The position numbers and the translations under genes were made by a program. A stretch of DNA of 28,644 bases, taken from IMG/VR virus record IMGVR_UViG_3300025073_000448. The stretch is one strand, 5' to 3'. This document shows positions 18,248 to 26,320 of this stretch, one piece after another. Source of the DNA: a virus. Each line of letters begins with the position of its first letter. Position 1 is the stretch's first letter. The notes beneath the pieces are model-generated. The model was not told the origin of the DNA. It saw only the letters and a program-made list of their open reading frames with translations, and did no database searches.

Positions 18248-18715
18248 TTACCCCTCCTCACCTAGAACCGCTTCCTCGACTTCATCCCAAGTCAAATCGT
18301 CCTTGTCCCATGAATCATAAAGCCTTTTGTAGTAAGGCAATCTTTCTTCTGGTTTCAAGGATGACCAACACTCTTCACAAAGGGGAAACATCGCTCTGTC
18401 TGTCCGGTATGTCGTGGCGTGCCCCTTAACCCCCTTGGATGCTTTTTCTGTCATGAATGGTCTACTATTGTAACTTATCGTTTGTTCTGATAGGGCCCAT
18501 GGTCGCATGCATCTCATGCATCCGGATATGTTCAACGGGGCCATGAATCGCTCAGTTATGGCCTTTACGGGATGAATGCCAAGCCATTCAAACCCAAAGC
18601 CACCAGGCACAAAAAAAAACGGCGTTGCCACCCTCACAAAGACAACGAGGAACCCTATCGCCGCCGCGGACATGGCAGCCATACCTACCGATTTCAGAAC
18701 CGCACGTCTATCCAT
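18248..18715 (-). CDS. Hypothetical membrane-anchored protein with Tat-like motif and two CxxC motifs
   Basis: MDRRAVLK followed by a hydrophobic segment; CMRC and CEEC; SD AAGGAG upstream. Confidence 0.7.
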   Translation of the reverse strand: MDRRAVLKSVGMAAMSAAAIGFLVVFVRVATPFFFVPGGFGFEWLGIHPVKAITERFMAPLNISGCMRCMRPWALSEQTISYNSRPFMTEKASKGVKGHATTYRTDRAMFPLCEECWSSLKPEERLPYYKRLYDSWDKDDLTWDEVEEAVLGEEG

Positions 18716-18738
18716 TTTGACTTTTAGCTCCTTTCCTT

Positions 18739-19425
18739 CTAGGTGGTGCCAAGATTGAACTTCTTAACGACGTCAGCGATCGCAACTTCCATCATGGGGT
18801 GACAGAACATCCAACTCTCCATCCCAGGCATCCCAGGCATCCCTGCCATTCCCGGCGTTCTTCCTTTATTGACCACGTACACGCTCCTGCTTGGCCGAAA
18901 GTTCCTCGGGTCCTTGCTCCACTTCTTTCGGATTCGCTTCTTCTTGGAAGTCGGGAACCTGAATTGCTCGGTCAGGTAGGGGTTGGTATGGATTGGAGGA
19001 AGTGGAGGGATGAGCGGAATAGAAGGAGACGCAGTAATGGGTTTATTGAAATTGTGAAACCCAAGACGCGCGGGGCTTGGCATCGCATCGCTGAACCCGC
19101 ACTTTTCGTGTAGCATGCGCTCCATCATGCGGATTTGTTCCAAGACATCTTCCTTTGAAAGAGAGGATGCCGAAGACTGATTAGCGTAGGTTGAAGGGTT
19201 GGGGTTGTCGTTGAGGTTGGGGTTATCTGACATGGAAAAGGACGGAAAGAGCGGGGAAGGCATCATTGTTTCCGGTGGCATTACAAGAGTTTGAAGCATC
19301 TCTTTCTCTATCTTGTCCATAATTCTCTTGGTCGTCATCACCTTTTTGATAATGGAATCCATGGTTGGATCGCCACCCACAATAATGATATTCTTCTTCT
19401 GGTCCGTGTCTTTCGGATCTGGCAT
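18739..19425 (-). CDS. Hypothetical phage protein
   Basis: 228-aa ORF in the operon with SD AGGAG and a basic motif QFRFPTSKKKRIRKKW. Confidence 0.75.
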   Translation of the reverse strand: MPDPKDTDQKKNIIIVGGDPTMDSIIKKVMTTKRIMDKIEKEMLQTLVMPPETMMPSPLFPSFSMSDNPNLNDNPNPSTYANQSSASSLSKEDVLEQIRMMERMLHEKCGFSDAMPSPARLGFHNFNKPITASPSIPLIPPLPPIHTNPYLTEQFRFPTSKKKRIRKKWSKDPRNFRPSRSVYVVNKGRTPGMAGMPGMPGMESWMFCHPMMEVAIADVVKKFNLGTT

Positions 19426-19442
19426 GACAAGATAGCTCCTTT

Positions 19443-19928
19443 CTATTCCTTTTCACCCACCACCACAAACCGCACAGTGAGCACATTCCCTCGGAACCCA
19501 CGCACCACGTACAGTACGGATTTCCCGTCGAGCATGTAATCATCCACGAAGGTAGAATTCCTTATCTCCTCGAGGCCGATCTTGTCTGTGAGGCCATGAA
19601 GATTGAGGCCATAAAGATCATCCTTCTTGGCTTCCGTGGTTTCCGTGACTTCTCGATAGAATAGTGACCGAGCCGCGACTTGAGGTCCCGGGCGCCTCAC
19701 CATCACGCATCTCCGCTTGATTTCTTCCTCGTCCGGCAGGCCATCCTTCACCAATGCGCCACCAGCAATAAGCCCCTCCCTTTCAAGGATGCCTCGAAAG
19801 AGGAATTCCGTCTGCTGTGCAATCTTGGCATTGAATTCTGCGAGCGCATCGCTCAAGTCCTGGTCTATGGCTTGCTCGTAGGTCCAGAAGCCTTCTCTTT
19901 CTAGGGTGTCTTTGATGGGTGTAACCAT
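19443..19928 (-). CDS. Hypothetical protein
   Basis: 161-aa ORF, operon spacing, purine-rich SD. Confidence 0.7.
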   Translation of the reverse strand: MVTPIKDTLEREGFWTYEQAIDQDLSDALAEFNAKIAQQTEFLFRGILEREGLIAGGALVKDGLPDEEEIKRRCVMVRRPGPQVAARSLFYREVTETTEAKKDDLYGLNLHGLTDKIGLEEIRNSTFVDDYMLDGKSVLYVVRGFRGNVLTVRFVVVGEKE

Positions 19929-19942
19929 TTGCTCTTCCTTCC

Positions 19943-20512
19943 TTATGGTTTCGTTTGGATAAACGTCCTCATCGCATCTCCAAACGGAGAGCCAAGACTT
20001 TCGCCCAGCAGGCCAAAAGGAAGTCCGAATTGAAGATGCTGCTGTTGCTGCGTGGCCAAGCCTCCAAGGCCCGACCGTATCGCCTCCGCCTGAATTCTCC
20101 AGTTCTTCGCATTCTCTTCCAGTTTCTTCTCGAGGTCGGCAATCTTCTTCTTGTCAGTCTTCGACTCCATACCTCTACTTCTCACGACCTCGGCAATCAA
20201 GTGAACCGCGGAGAGAAGTGCATCGGCCTCGGACTGATCGCGGAGCTTGCCTTGAAGGGAGGATATGGCGGCGGAGTGTTTTTCCTTCAAGGCCGAGATT
20301 TCGACGGAATGCTCGGCCCTTAGCGTGACTCTGGCGCTCTCTAGCTTTTTAGCCAAGTCTTCAGCATACCTTTCCTTCAAGGCGTTGATGGCCTTGTCCT
20401 GGCGGACTTGCATGTCGGTTTCGGCTTTCTCGATGATCTTGTTCGTGGTTTCATCCGACCTTGCAAGTGCTTTTTCCAGTTCTTTGATTCTTTTGGCTTT
20501 TTTAAAAAACAT
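19943..20512 (-). CDS. Coiled-coil hypothetical protein
   Basis: 189-aa K/E/A/L-rich ORF with SD AAGGAG. Confidence 0.75.
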   Translation of the reverse strand: MFFKKAKRIKELEKALARSDETTNKIIEKAETDMQVRQDKAINALKERYAEDLAKKLESARVTLRAEHSVEISALKEKHSAAISSLQGKLRDQSEADALLSAVHLIAEVVRSRGMESKTDKKKIADLEKKLEENAKNWRIQAEAIRSGLGGLATQQQQHLQFGLPFGLLGESLGSPFGDAMRTFIQTKP

Positions 20513-20542
20513 GACGATGCACTCCTTCCTATATCCTTGAAG

Positions 20543-20573
20543 GGGGAAGGGCTTCCTCGGTTTGCCCTTCCCC
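20543..20573. other. Intergenic 10-bp perfect hairpin
   Basis: GGGGAAGGGC (20543-20552) pairs with GCCCTTCCCC (20564-20573); 11-nt loop; no clear U-tract. Confidence 0.6.
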
Positions 20574-20611
20574 TCTATCGTGACGATTGTCGGATGTGAC
20601 GACCGTCTGGT

Positions 20612-20821
20612 TCATCGCGTGGTTGGATGGGTCAGCCTCCCCAACTTGATTTTGCGGATCTGTATCACAGCCCTGCGACATTCTTTACACGTCACCGGCT
20701 CTCCTTCCGCTGCAAAGCGAATTTCTGTTTCCACGTCTCCACTTTCGTAAGCGTCGCATGCGATTCCGCAAATCGAGTATTCACCACCGCCAACTGGGCT
20801 CTGAGCGTGCGTCTTCTCCAT
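20612..20821 (-). CDS. Small Cys/His Zn-binding hypothetical protein
   Basis: THA...ICG...VTCKEC motif; SD GAGG. Confidence 0.7.
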   Translation of the reverse strand: MEKTHAQSPVGGGEYSICGIACDAYESGDVETEIRFAAEGEPVTCKECRRAVIQIRKIKLGRLTHPTTR

Positions 20822-20921
20822 ATTTCCTCTCGGCCTAACGCGTGGCGATAACTCGACGTCGGCCTACTCTGACTCGCACAGCACAACGGACTGCGTGGCC
20901 GCCGTCGCCTGCATTGCTGGG

Positions 20922-21140
20922 TTAGGACGGCACACCACCGTCCTGCTTTTCATTCCACGGATTGACACCCGGATTCTGGACAGCCCCATTGTTCCGGATG
21001 TCCGCCCATGACCACGACTCTGCCCCAACCACGTGCAGCGAGAATTGAATCTCCCCCCGGGGAAGTTCAGGGTGATTGGTCTCTCTCAAGATCTGCTGCA
21101 CCTTCTTCGCGATCTCTCGCTTTTGTCTGACCGAAAACAT
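20922..21140 (-). CDS. Small hypothetical phage protein
   Basis: 72 aa; SD AAGGAG; protein-like sequence (HPELP..EIQFSLHV.G..SWSWADIRNN). Confidence 0.75.
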   Translation of the reverse strand: MFSVRQKREIAKKVQQILRETNHPELPRGEIQFSLHVVGAESWSWADIRNNGAVQNPGVNPWNEKQDGGVPS

Positions 21141-21197
21141 AGACTTCTCCTTTGCGGTCTAATCACGTTCCCTGCCCATGCCACTCCCCCTACCCTC

Positions 21198-21953
21198 CTA
21201 CGCCACGACAACAACCCCGTCAGGCAACGCCCCCTCCAAATACCCCTTGATCCCGGCCATGGCCTCCACCTTCCAGGCCCCGCCGTCGGCCTCGTACAGC
21301 GCGCAACTCGGCATCTTGCCCTGGGCGCTTCCCTGGAGCCGCAGCACGAACAGCGACTCGGGCTGATCAATCTCGATGAAGGTCCGGAACGGCTTCAATG
21401 CCACCGGGTTGGGAAGCCGGATTTCTTCCACGAGGGAAATGCCATGGTTGGTCTGCACCTTCTGCGAGACCCCGTCGTCCACCGTGGTCTTGACGGCCGA
21501 GTCCTTGATGTTGCCGAGGAGCTGCAGAAGCTGGCGCGTGGTGTCGGTCTGGATGAAGCGGGTTTGCAGGCCGATCATGAACTCTTCGTGGGACAGGAAG
21601 CGATTGAAGGTGAAGGGCTCAAAGAGGTCGGCTTTGGCGGTGGCGAAGCAGGTGCGCTGCTTCCATGAGCCGTGGAGGTTGGAGAGAATGGACACCGTGT
21701 TGAAGTTTTCGACGTGGAAGAAGCCGGGTCCGATAGCGGCGAGGGTGTCGGGGGTATCGCTTGCCTCTTCGAGAACGCTTTCCCCCTCCCCGTTGTAGTA
21801 GTCCACAAGGCCGGCGAGAGAAGAGAGCCTGATGATTTCGGGCTGCGGCTCATAAACGGGGTGGATCGGCTTTGAGCTGTAGGTCCTCCCGAGCGCCGGG
21901 ATGATCTCCGGGTTTGCGATGTCGAGCAGTTTCTGAATGGCTTGTGCTATCAT
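21198..21953 (-). CDS. Conserved phage protein (LPNPVxLxPFRTFxEIxQPES family)
   Basis: DDGVSQ..LPNPVALKPFRTFIEIDQPESLFVLRL..ALYEADGGAWK. As I recall, this family is usually paired with the 22511-22951 family. Confidence 0.85.
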   Translation of the reverse strand: MIAQAIQKLLDIANPEIIPALGRTYSSKPIHPVYEPQPEIIRLSSLAGLVDYYNGEGESVLEEASDTPDTLAAIGPGFFHVENFNTVSILSNLHGSWKQRTCFATAKADLFEPFTFNRFLSHEEFMIGLQTRFIQTDTTRQLLQLLGNIKDSAVKTTVDDGVSQKVQTNHGISLVEEIRLPNPVALKPFRTFIEIDQPESLFVLRLQGSAQGKMPSCALYEADGGAWKVEAMAGIKGYLEGALPDGVVVVA

Positions 21954-22058
21954 GGTGTCGTGCTCCTTTCGTCTTTCTTGTTTGATGGTAGTGGTAGTGG
22001 TGGTGGTGATAGTAAAGGCATTATTCCTTTTGTGGCTTATTTTGGGTTCATGCGCTGG

Positions 22059-22424
22059 CTAGGGCTTTTCTCCCACCGTTAATTGATCTTTGGCTTTCTT
22101 GATGATCTCCTTCATGCTGGAGACCATTCCCGCAAAGTCAGTATCCTTTAGCGTGGAGCGGCATGCGTAATCGCATATGCATCCGGTGGCAATGAGGAGA
22201 TACGAGCTCGTTGAAGTGCTTGATGATGCGTCGGATTTCTCCTTGTCTTTTTTTGGGTTGATCTGGCCTTCCACGCAGACAAGGTAGTCAATCGCGGATT
22301 GCAGATCTTTTGACTTTCCCAATCCATCTTCGATGTCTCCGACCTTTATGGCGCCGACCTGGGAAGCCATCAAAATCATGACGATAATGATCATCGTTGC
22401 CACTGTTGCCAATTTTGCATTCAT
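22059..22424 (-). CDS. Secreted hypothetical protein (Sec signal peptide)
   Basis: MNAKLATVATMIIIVMILMASQVGA leader after an AAGGA SD; four Cys. The ORF track start at 22442 is an alternative. Confidence 0.7.
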   Translation of the reverse strand: MNAKLATVATMIIIVMILMASQVGAIKVGDIEDGLGKSKDLQSAIDYLVCVEGQINPKKDKEKSDASSSTSTSSYLLIATGCICDYACRSTLKDTDFAGMVSSMKEIIKKAKDQLTVGEKP

Positions 22425-22510
22425 GTACTTTTCCTTTCTCATTCACTGAGCCCTTGTTTATTTGTCTACCCTATTTTCTTGCTGCGATGAGGTGCGTCGC
22501 GCAACGCTCC

Positions 22511-22951
22511 CTACTCAGCAGCCACCTCCCTTCCAGGCATTGACACAACCTTCCCCTCTTCACGGCCCTTCTTCTCAGCTTCTCTCGCTTCCTTCAGTCG
22601 CGCCTCTTCCTCCCGCAACTGATCCCGCATGTGCATTTGCTTCGGGTCAGCCGATTCATACATCACGGGACATCCATTCTTGATACCCAGGTAGCCCTTG
22701 GTGGGGTACGATTTCAGCGGGGCCAACTTGGCGGACACGTCATGAGTGATGTCCACGAGCTCGCGCTCTTCGTCGGATTTGAGGGAAACGGTGAGGGTGA
22801 TCTTGCGAACCGTCGTGGCCTTGGTGTTGGGGTCCTGCATGTTCCTCAGTACCTGCTCGAGTACATGCTCGAAGCGTTCAGCCAGGGCGCCGCCGGCCAG
22901 GTTATCGAAGCTCATGGGGGTGGGTTGATTGGGTTGTCTGTTCTGCGACAT
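22511..22951 (-). CDS. Phage protein of the family often labelled 'replication terminator protein'
   Basis: LAGGALAERF...VLRNMQDPNTKATTVRKITLT...KLAP; SD AAGGAG. The functional label is not verified. Confidence 0.75.
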   Translation of the reverse strand: MSQNRQPNQPTPMSFDNLAGGALAERFEHVLEQVLRNMQDPNTKATTVRKITLTVSLKSDEERELVDITHDVSAKLAPLKSYPTKGYLGIKNGCPVMYESADPKQMHMRDQLREEEARLKEAREAEKKGREEGKVVSMPGREVAAE

Positions 22952-23020
22952 TTTGTTTTGCTCCTTCTTTGCGGTGATTGGTTGAGAGATGTCAGTAATG
23001 TCACGCTCATCGTCTATCTT

Positions 23021-23058
23021 GTTTCAATCCACGCCCCCCCCCCTGAGTGGGGAGCGAC
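23021..23058 (-). CRISPR. Solitary type I-C-like CRISPR repeat unit (no array)
   Basis: Minus strand GTCGCTCCCCACTCAGGGGGGGGGGCGTGGATTGAAAC has the GTCGC start, GC stem and GCGTGGATTGAAAC end of I-C repeats. It is 38 nt because of an expanded G-run. No second copy was seen. Confidence 0.8.
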
Positions 23059-23074
23059 TCACTCAGGCATCACA

Positions 23075-24598
23075 TTAATGCCCTTCACCATCTTCGTTTT
23101 TCTTGTTCTTTTCACTCCTCCTATTTGACTCCCTGATAGCCTCCACGACAACCCCGGCATCCGATAAGTCATCTCGGCAGAACTCCACATCGTTGCCCTC
23201 GAAGTCGAGGAGGTTGATCGAGCATTCCCCCTTCTCGGCATTGATCTCAATGGAGTAGCCGTCGGCAAGGTTTTCTATTATGGCTCCGAGGAGATCGTGA
23301 AAGTCCATCCTGAGCTTGGAAGGTTTAGAAGCAATGAGTGAATAATCTTCTACTTTCCATTCCTCTATTTGAGCATCGAAGGAATAAGTGCTTCCGTCAT
23401 TTCGTGGACGGGGCGCTTCATATTTGTTTTTGGCTAACTCAGCACTTTTTCTAGTAGCGTGAAGACTAATTACATCCCACTCGTCGCCATCTGATCCACT
23501 ACCAGTCGTGAGAATGAAAACGATTTTATCGTTTTCGGAAGAGAGGATCTTTTCTTTCAAGGCATCCCGTTCTTTCTTTAACGCATTCCGCTCTTTCTCA
23601 ACCTCACGGTAATTCCTTCCAAGATCTTCGTGATTCATGTGCATTCTGGCAAGGCTTTCGCTGAGCCTCATCACCTGCGCTTCCTGGGACGTAGAGGGGA
23701 TGGAGGGGGTGGATGGGATAGAGAAGGATGGATAATACTCATGTGTCGGCTTCATCCCCTTCTCGGCCAGCTTCTCCTCGAGAACGAGTAGTAGCTTTCG
23801 GCTCAGAATCGAAACCACCTTATTCTTTTTGGAGAGCTTCCTTGTTTTCCATGCAATCTCACCCTCCTGCCATGCAATCTCTTTATCCTTCCTGGCCAAC
23901 TCTTCCTTGCACTCATCGAGCTCCACTTCTCGCTCGGTCAGTTTGTCTTTGACCTCCGACTTTTCCCTGCACAACAGATTGTATTCCTCTTCCACAATAG
24001 CGTTTCTGATTATGAGGCTATTGCTTTCCTTTGTGAGCCCTACAACCTCGTCTTTTTCTTTACCAAGCGCAACGCTGAGCTGCATGATCTGATCTGATTT
24101 CGCAGTATTCTCCGCAATGATTCCAGCGGGATCACAGTTCGTTTCAAGATCGTGGATATACCTTCGAAGAGGAGGGGGCAGGGCGTTGATGTTTTCCGAA
24201 GTGGGGCGCCAGCCTACCCAGTACACGGGGTTATTCCCCTCCATTTCCCACGGCCTATCCTCACTTATCGACTTTCCACCCCAAACCGCCCACCACTTAA
24301 TGACCTTGTACTGCTCCGGATCAAGGGGAAGCCTTGCGCCACTCACAAGATCGGCCGACACATTCCCGTCGATGTCCACCCAGGCGTCATATTCGCATCC
24401 TTCGGTGACGTGGCAAGGTCTCACCGTGCTGCCCGTGCTGCCCGGCGTGGAAGATGAGAGGCTTTGCGCTTGTACGCTTTGCTTGGCTCGGATTACCCTG
24501 GGCACCAGATCTCCGAAGGGATACGATGACGAACGGTAGGATAGGGCTGGGGATGGGGTGGCGTGGCTGTATGATGGTGTGGTATTTGTTTCACTCAT
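23075..24598 (-). CDS. Mosaic multi-domain phage accessory protein with central coiled coil
   Basis: 507 aa; SD AAGGAG; several small globular segments joined by S/P-rich linkers. Confidence 0.8.
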   Translation of the reverse strand: MSETNTTPSYSHATPSPALSYRSSSYPFGDLVPRVIRAKQSVQAQSLSSSTPGSTGSTVRPCHVTEGCEYDAWVDIDGNVSADLVSGARLPLDPEQYKVIKWWAVWGGKSISEDRPWEMEGNNPVYWVGWRPTSENINALPPPLRRYIHDLETNCDPAGIIAENTAKSDQIMQLSVALGKEKDEVVGLTKESNSLIIRNAIVEEEYNLLCREKSEVKDKLTEREVELDECKEELARKDKEIAWQEGEIAWKTRKLSKKNKVVSILSRKLLLVLEEKLAEKGMKPTHEYYPSFSIPSTPSIPSTSQEAQVMRLSESLARMHMNHEDLGRNYREVEKERNALKKERDALKEKILSSENDKIVFILTTGSGSDGDEWDVISLHATRKSAELAKNKYEAPRPRNDGSTYSFDAQIEEWKVEDYSLIASKPSKLRMDFHDLLGAIIENLADGYSIEINAEKGECSINLLDFEGNDVEFCRDDLSDAGVVVEAIRESNRRSEKNKKNEDGEGH

Positions 24599-24652
24599 AG
24601 CTTTGCTTTTCTCCTTTCAAGGCTATTCCTGTCCCGGCTGTCCAGCTATCCA

Positions 24653-25006
24653 TCATTGCTTTTTTCCCTTCTTCCCCTCAATCTCCCGCACTACCTCATC
24701 AATCCTCCCTTCCCGGCATGCCGGAATCCCCTTCCTGGCCCACGAAGCAATCCCGCGCTCCGTGTAGCCGAACTTTTTAGCGACCCGAGCCCACGTGCCG
24801 TAGTGCTCGTAGATTCTTCTGAGGCGCGGGTCTATTTTGGCGAGCGTTTCCTCGTGGGCTCTGAGCGGCTTGGAGGGGATGATGGTGGACTGGGAAGGGT
24901 GGAGGGGCGGCGATGGGGGCGATGATGGGGGCGATGATGGGGGCGATGATGCTTGGCCTGCTTGATGGGACGTATTCTGGCCGTCCAGGCTGTCTTGATC
25001 TTTCAT
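24653..25006 (-). CDS. Cro-like helix-turn-helix protein
   Basis: C-terminal YEHYGTWARVAKKFGYTERGIASWARKGIP. ATG 25006 follows AAGGAG and is preferred over GTG 25045. Confidence 0.75.
   Translation of the reverse strand: MKDQDSLDGQNTSHQAGQASSPPSSPPSSPPSPPLHPSQSTIIPSKPLRAHEETLAKIDPRLRRIYEHYGTWARVAKKFGYTERGIASWARKGIPACREGRIDEVVREIEGKKGKKQ
24912..24947. repeat. 3 x 12-bp tandem repeat GATGGGGGCGAT (SSPP repeats in the HTH protein)
   Basis: Three exact copies. Confidence 0.9.
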
Positions 25007-25071
25007 TCGTATATGCTCCTTCCATTCGAGGTTATCATCCTTCACCTTTCATTTTCACAAATTCCACCACA

Positions 25072-25099
25072 ATCCTACCAAAAAAAATCCAGAATGCAA
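25072..25099 (-). promoter_or_regulatory. Putative leftward sigma70 promoter
   Basis: Minus strand TTGCAT-16 nt-TAGGAT with an extended -10 TGn. Confidence 0.55.
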
Positions 25100-25133
25100 G
25101 ATGTTTTTCACTAAAATATTCCGCAAATAGTGC

Positions 25134-25163
25134 TTGACTTACATGTTTTTCTCGTGAGATATT
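25134..25163 (+). promoter_or_regulatory. Putative rightward sigma70 promoter
   Basis: TTGACT-18 nt-GATATT with an extended -10 TGn, in the AT-rich divergent gap. Confidence 0.55.
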
Positions 25164-25256
25164 GGCGTTGATGGAATACTCGTGGAAGATTGTTGTATTG
25201 AGCCACGATATTTTTTCATTAATCCATTTATTCCTTGAAAGGGGGAGTTAAAGACT

Positions 25257-25919
25257 ATGGCAGATATCGATGGTATGGACAGCACGGACAAGACATGCAA
25301 GCCTCACGAGACGTTGCGTTCAGCATTCGAGGCGTTCAATGGAAGCAGGATCAGGGCGCGCAAGCTCTTCCTCACCTCAATCGCGGCACAACTCACCATG
25401 AGCCAGGCGGTGCAGCGCGCGATGACGGTCGAGGAGATCCAGGGCTACCTCGAGGGGACGTTCTCCACCCTTCTCGGCATGAGGAAGAGGGAGGTGGAGA
25501 TTGGGATGGAAGAGATTTCCGATAGGGCAAGAGTGGCCGGGTCAAGCCTTGGCGCACTCATTGCCTCTGCTGGATTCCGCTTTCCCTTCGAGGGTGGCGA
25601 TGAAGAGAATGACGGCCTTGAAGGTGGGGCAGCCGGATCTTCCTTCTCTCCCGCCATCTCCCCAGCCGACTCCATCCAGGAAGACAAGGTAATCTGCCTG
25701 GAATGCGGGAAAGAGTTCAAGCAGCTCACGCAGAAGCACCTCTCTCTTCACAGCCTTTCTCCCAAGGAGTACAGGCAGAAGCACGGGATGAGGCTGAAAA
25801 CTTCTCTCATGGCTAAGTCGTTGTCCGCGGCGAGGTCCGAGGCTGCGAAGGCTCGGGGAGTGCCTGAGAATCTGAAGGCGTTTCAGGAGAAAAGAAGGCA
25901 AGAGAAAGGAGAGGGTTGA
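25257..25919 (+). CDS. mucR: Ros/MucR family transcriptional regulator
   Basis: SIQEDKVICLECGKEFKQLTQKHLSLHSLSPKEYRQKHGM...LMAKSLSAARSEAAKARG, plus N-terminal oligomerisation-like helices; SD GGGGAG. Confidence 0.9.
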   Translation: MADIDGMDSTDKTCKPHETLRSAFEAFNGSRIRARKLFLTSIAAQLTMSQAVQRAMTVEEIQGYLEGTFSTLLGMRKREVEIGMEEISDRARVAGSSLGALIASAGFRFPFEGGDEENDGLEGGAAGSSFSPAISPADSIQEDKVICLECGKEFKQLTQKHLSLHSLSPKEYRQKHGMRLKTSLMAKSLSAARSEAAKARGVPENLKAFQEKRRQEKGEG

Positions 25920-25921
25920 TT

Positions 25922-26209
25922 ATGAATCCGGATACGACACCCACTCCGTCAGCATTCGAAGCTTCCGAGAAGCCCACGTACAACCCTCCCGCCACAGTGC
26001 GGCAGCAACACGCGCCTACGTGGATCAATCGGATTATCGGCATGTTTCGCGGCTCTGTCCGCCCGGAGCAGCAGAGAAACTTTGAAATGTACGGGGGTGG
26101 GACTGGAGGAACCCCGAAGACGAAGCGCCGCAGGAACTGCGCTGTCATGAAGCGCAGGCGGTTGCGCGACATCGCCAAGGAATCCAGGAAGAGGAATCGC
26201 GGGGTGTAG
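25922..26209 (+). CDS. Small basic hypothetical protein
   Basis: ATG 25922 follows GGAGAGG; Arg/Lys-rich C-terminus (IAKESRKRNR). Confidence 0.65.
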   Translation: MNPDTTPTPSAFEASEKPTYNPPATVRQQHAPTWINRIIGMFRGSVRPEQQRNFEMYGGGTGGTPKTKRRRNCAVMKRRRLRDIAKESRKRNRGV

Positions 26210-26216
26210 TTGGGAA

Positions 26217-26320
26217 TGAAGCAATGCGGCTCCGAGAGCACCACTCCGCAAGAGCGACCGGCGTATAGGTCTGAAGGGTGTCGTGTACCGCGCCGAATGC
26301 TGGAGCCGCTTCACTTTTCT
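26217..26320 (+). ncRNA. Candidate structured leader RNA (three-way junction) upstream of the PAPS-reductase-family gene
   Basis: Nested pairings GCGGCTCC/GGAGCCGC, TGAA/TTCA, AGCA/TGCT and CGGCG/CGCCG, a GCAA-loop hairpin, then CTTTTCT. Confidence 0.4.

Noticed and set aside
20513-20614. UGA readthrough fusing 20612-20821 to 19943-20512 (in frame, no intervening stop, hairpin present)
   Set aside because: The hairpin loop is about 48 nt from the UGA, the UGA is not at a Cys-like motif, and the downstream gene has its own strong SD.
22952-23074. Full CRISPR array or mini-array
   Set aside because: No second repeat, even degenerate, is recognisable at spacer distance on either side.
26226-26309. 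tRNA-Sec-like element (8-bp closing stem; CTTCAGA on the minus strand)
   Set aside because: The bases flanking the would-be anticodon loop do not pair, and there is no T-loop or D-arm consensus and no CCA.
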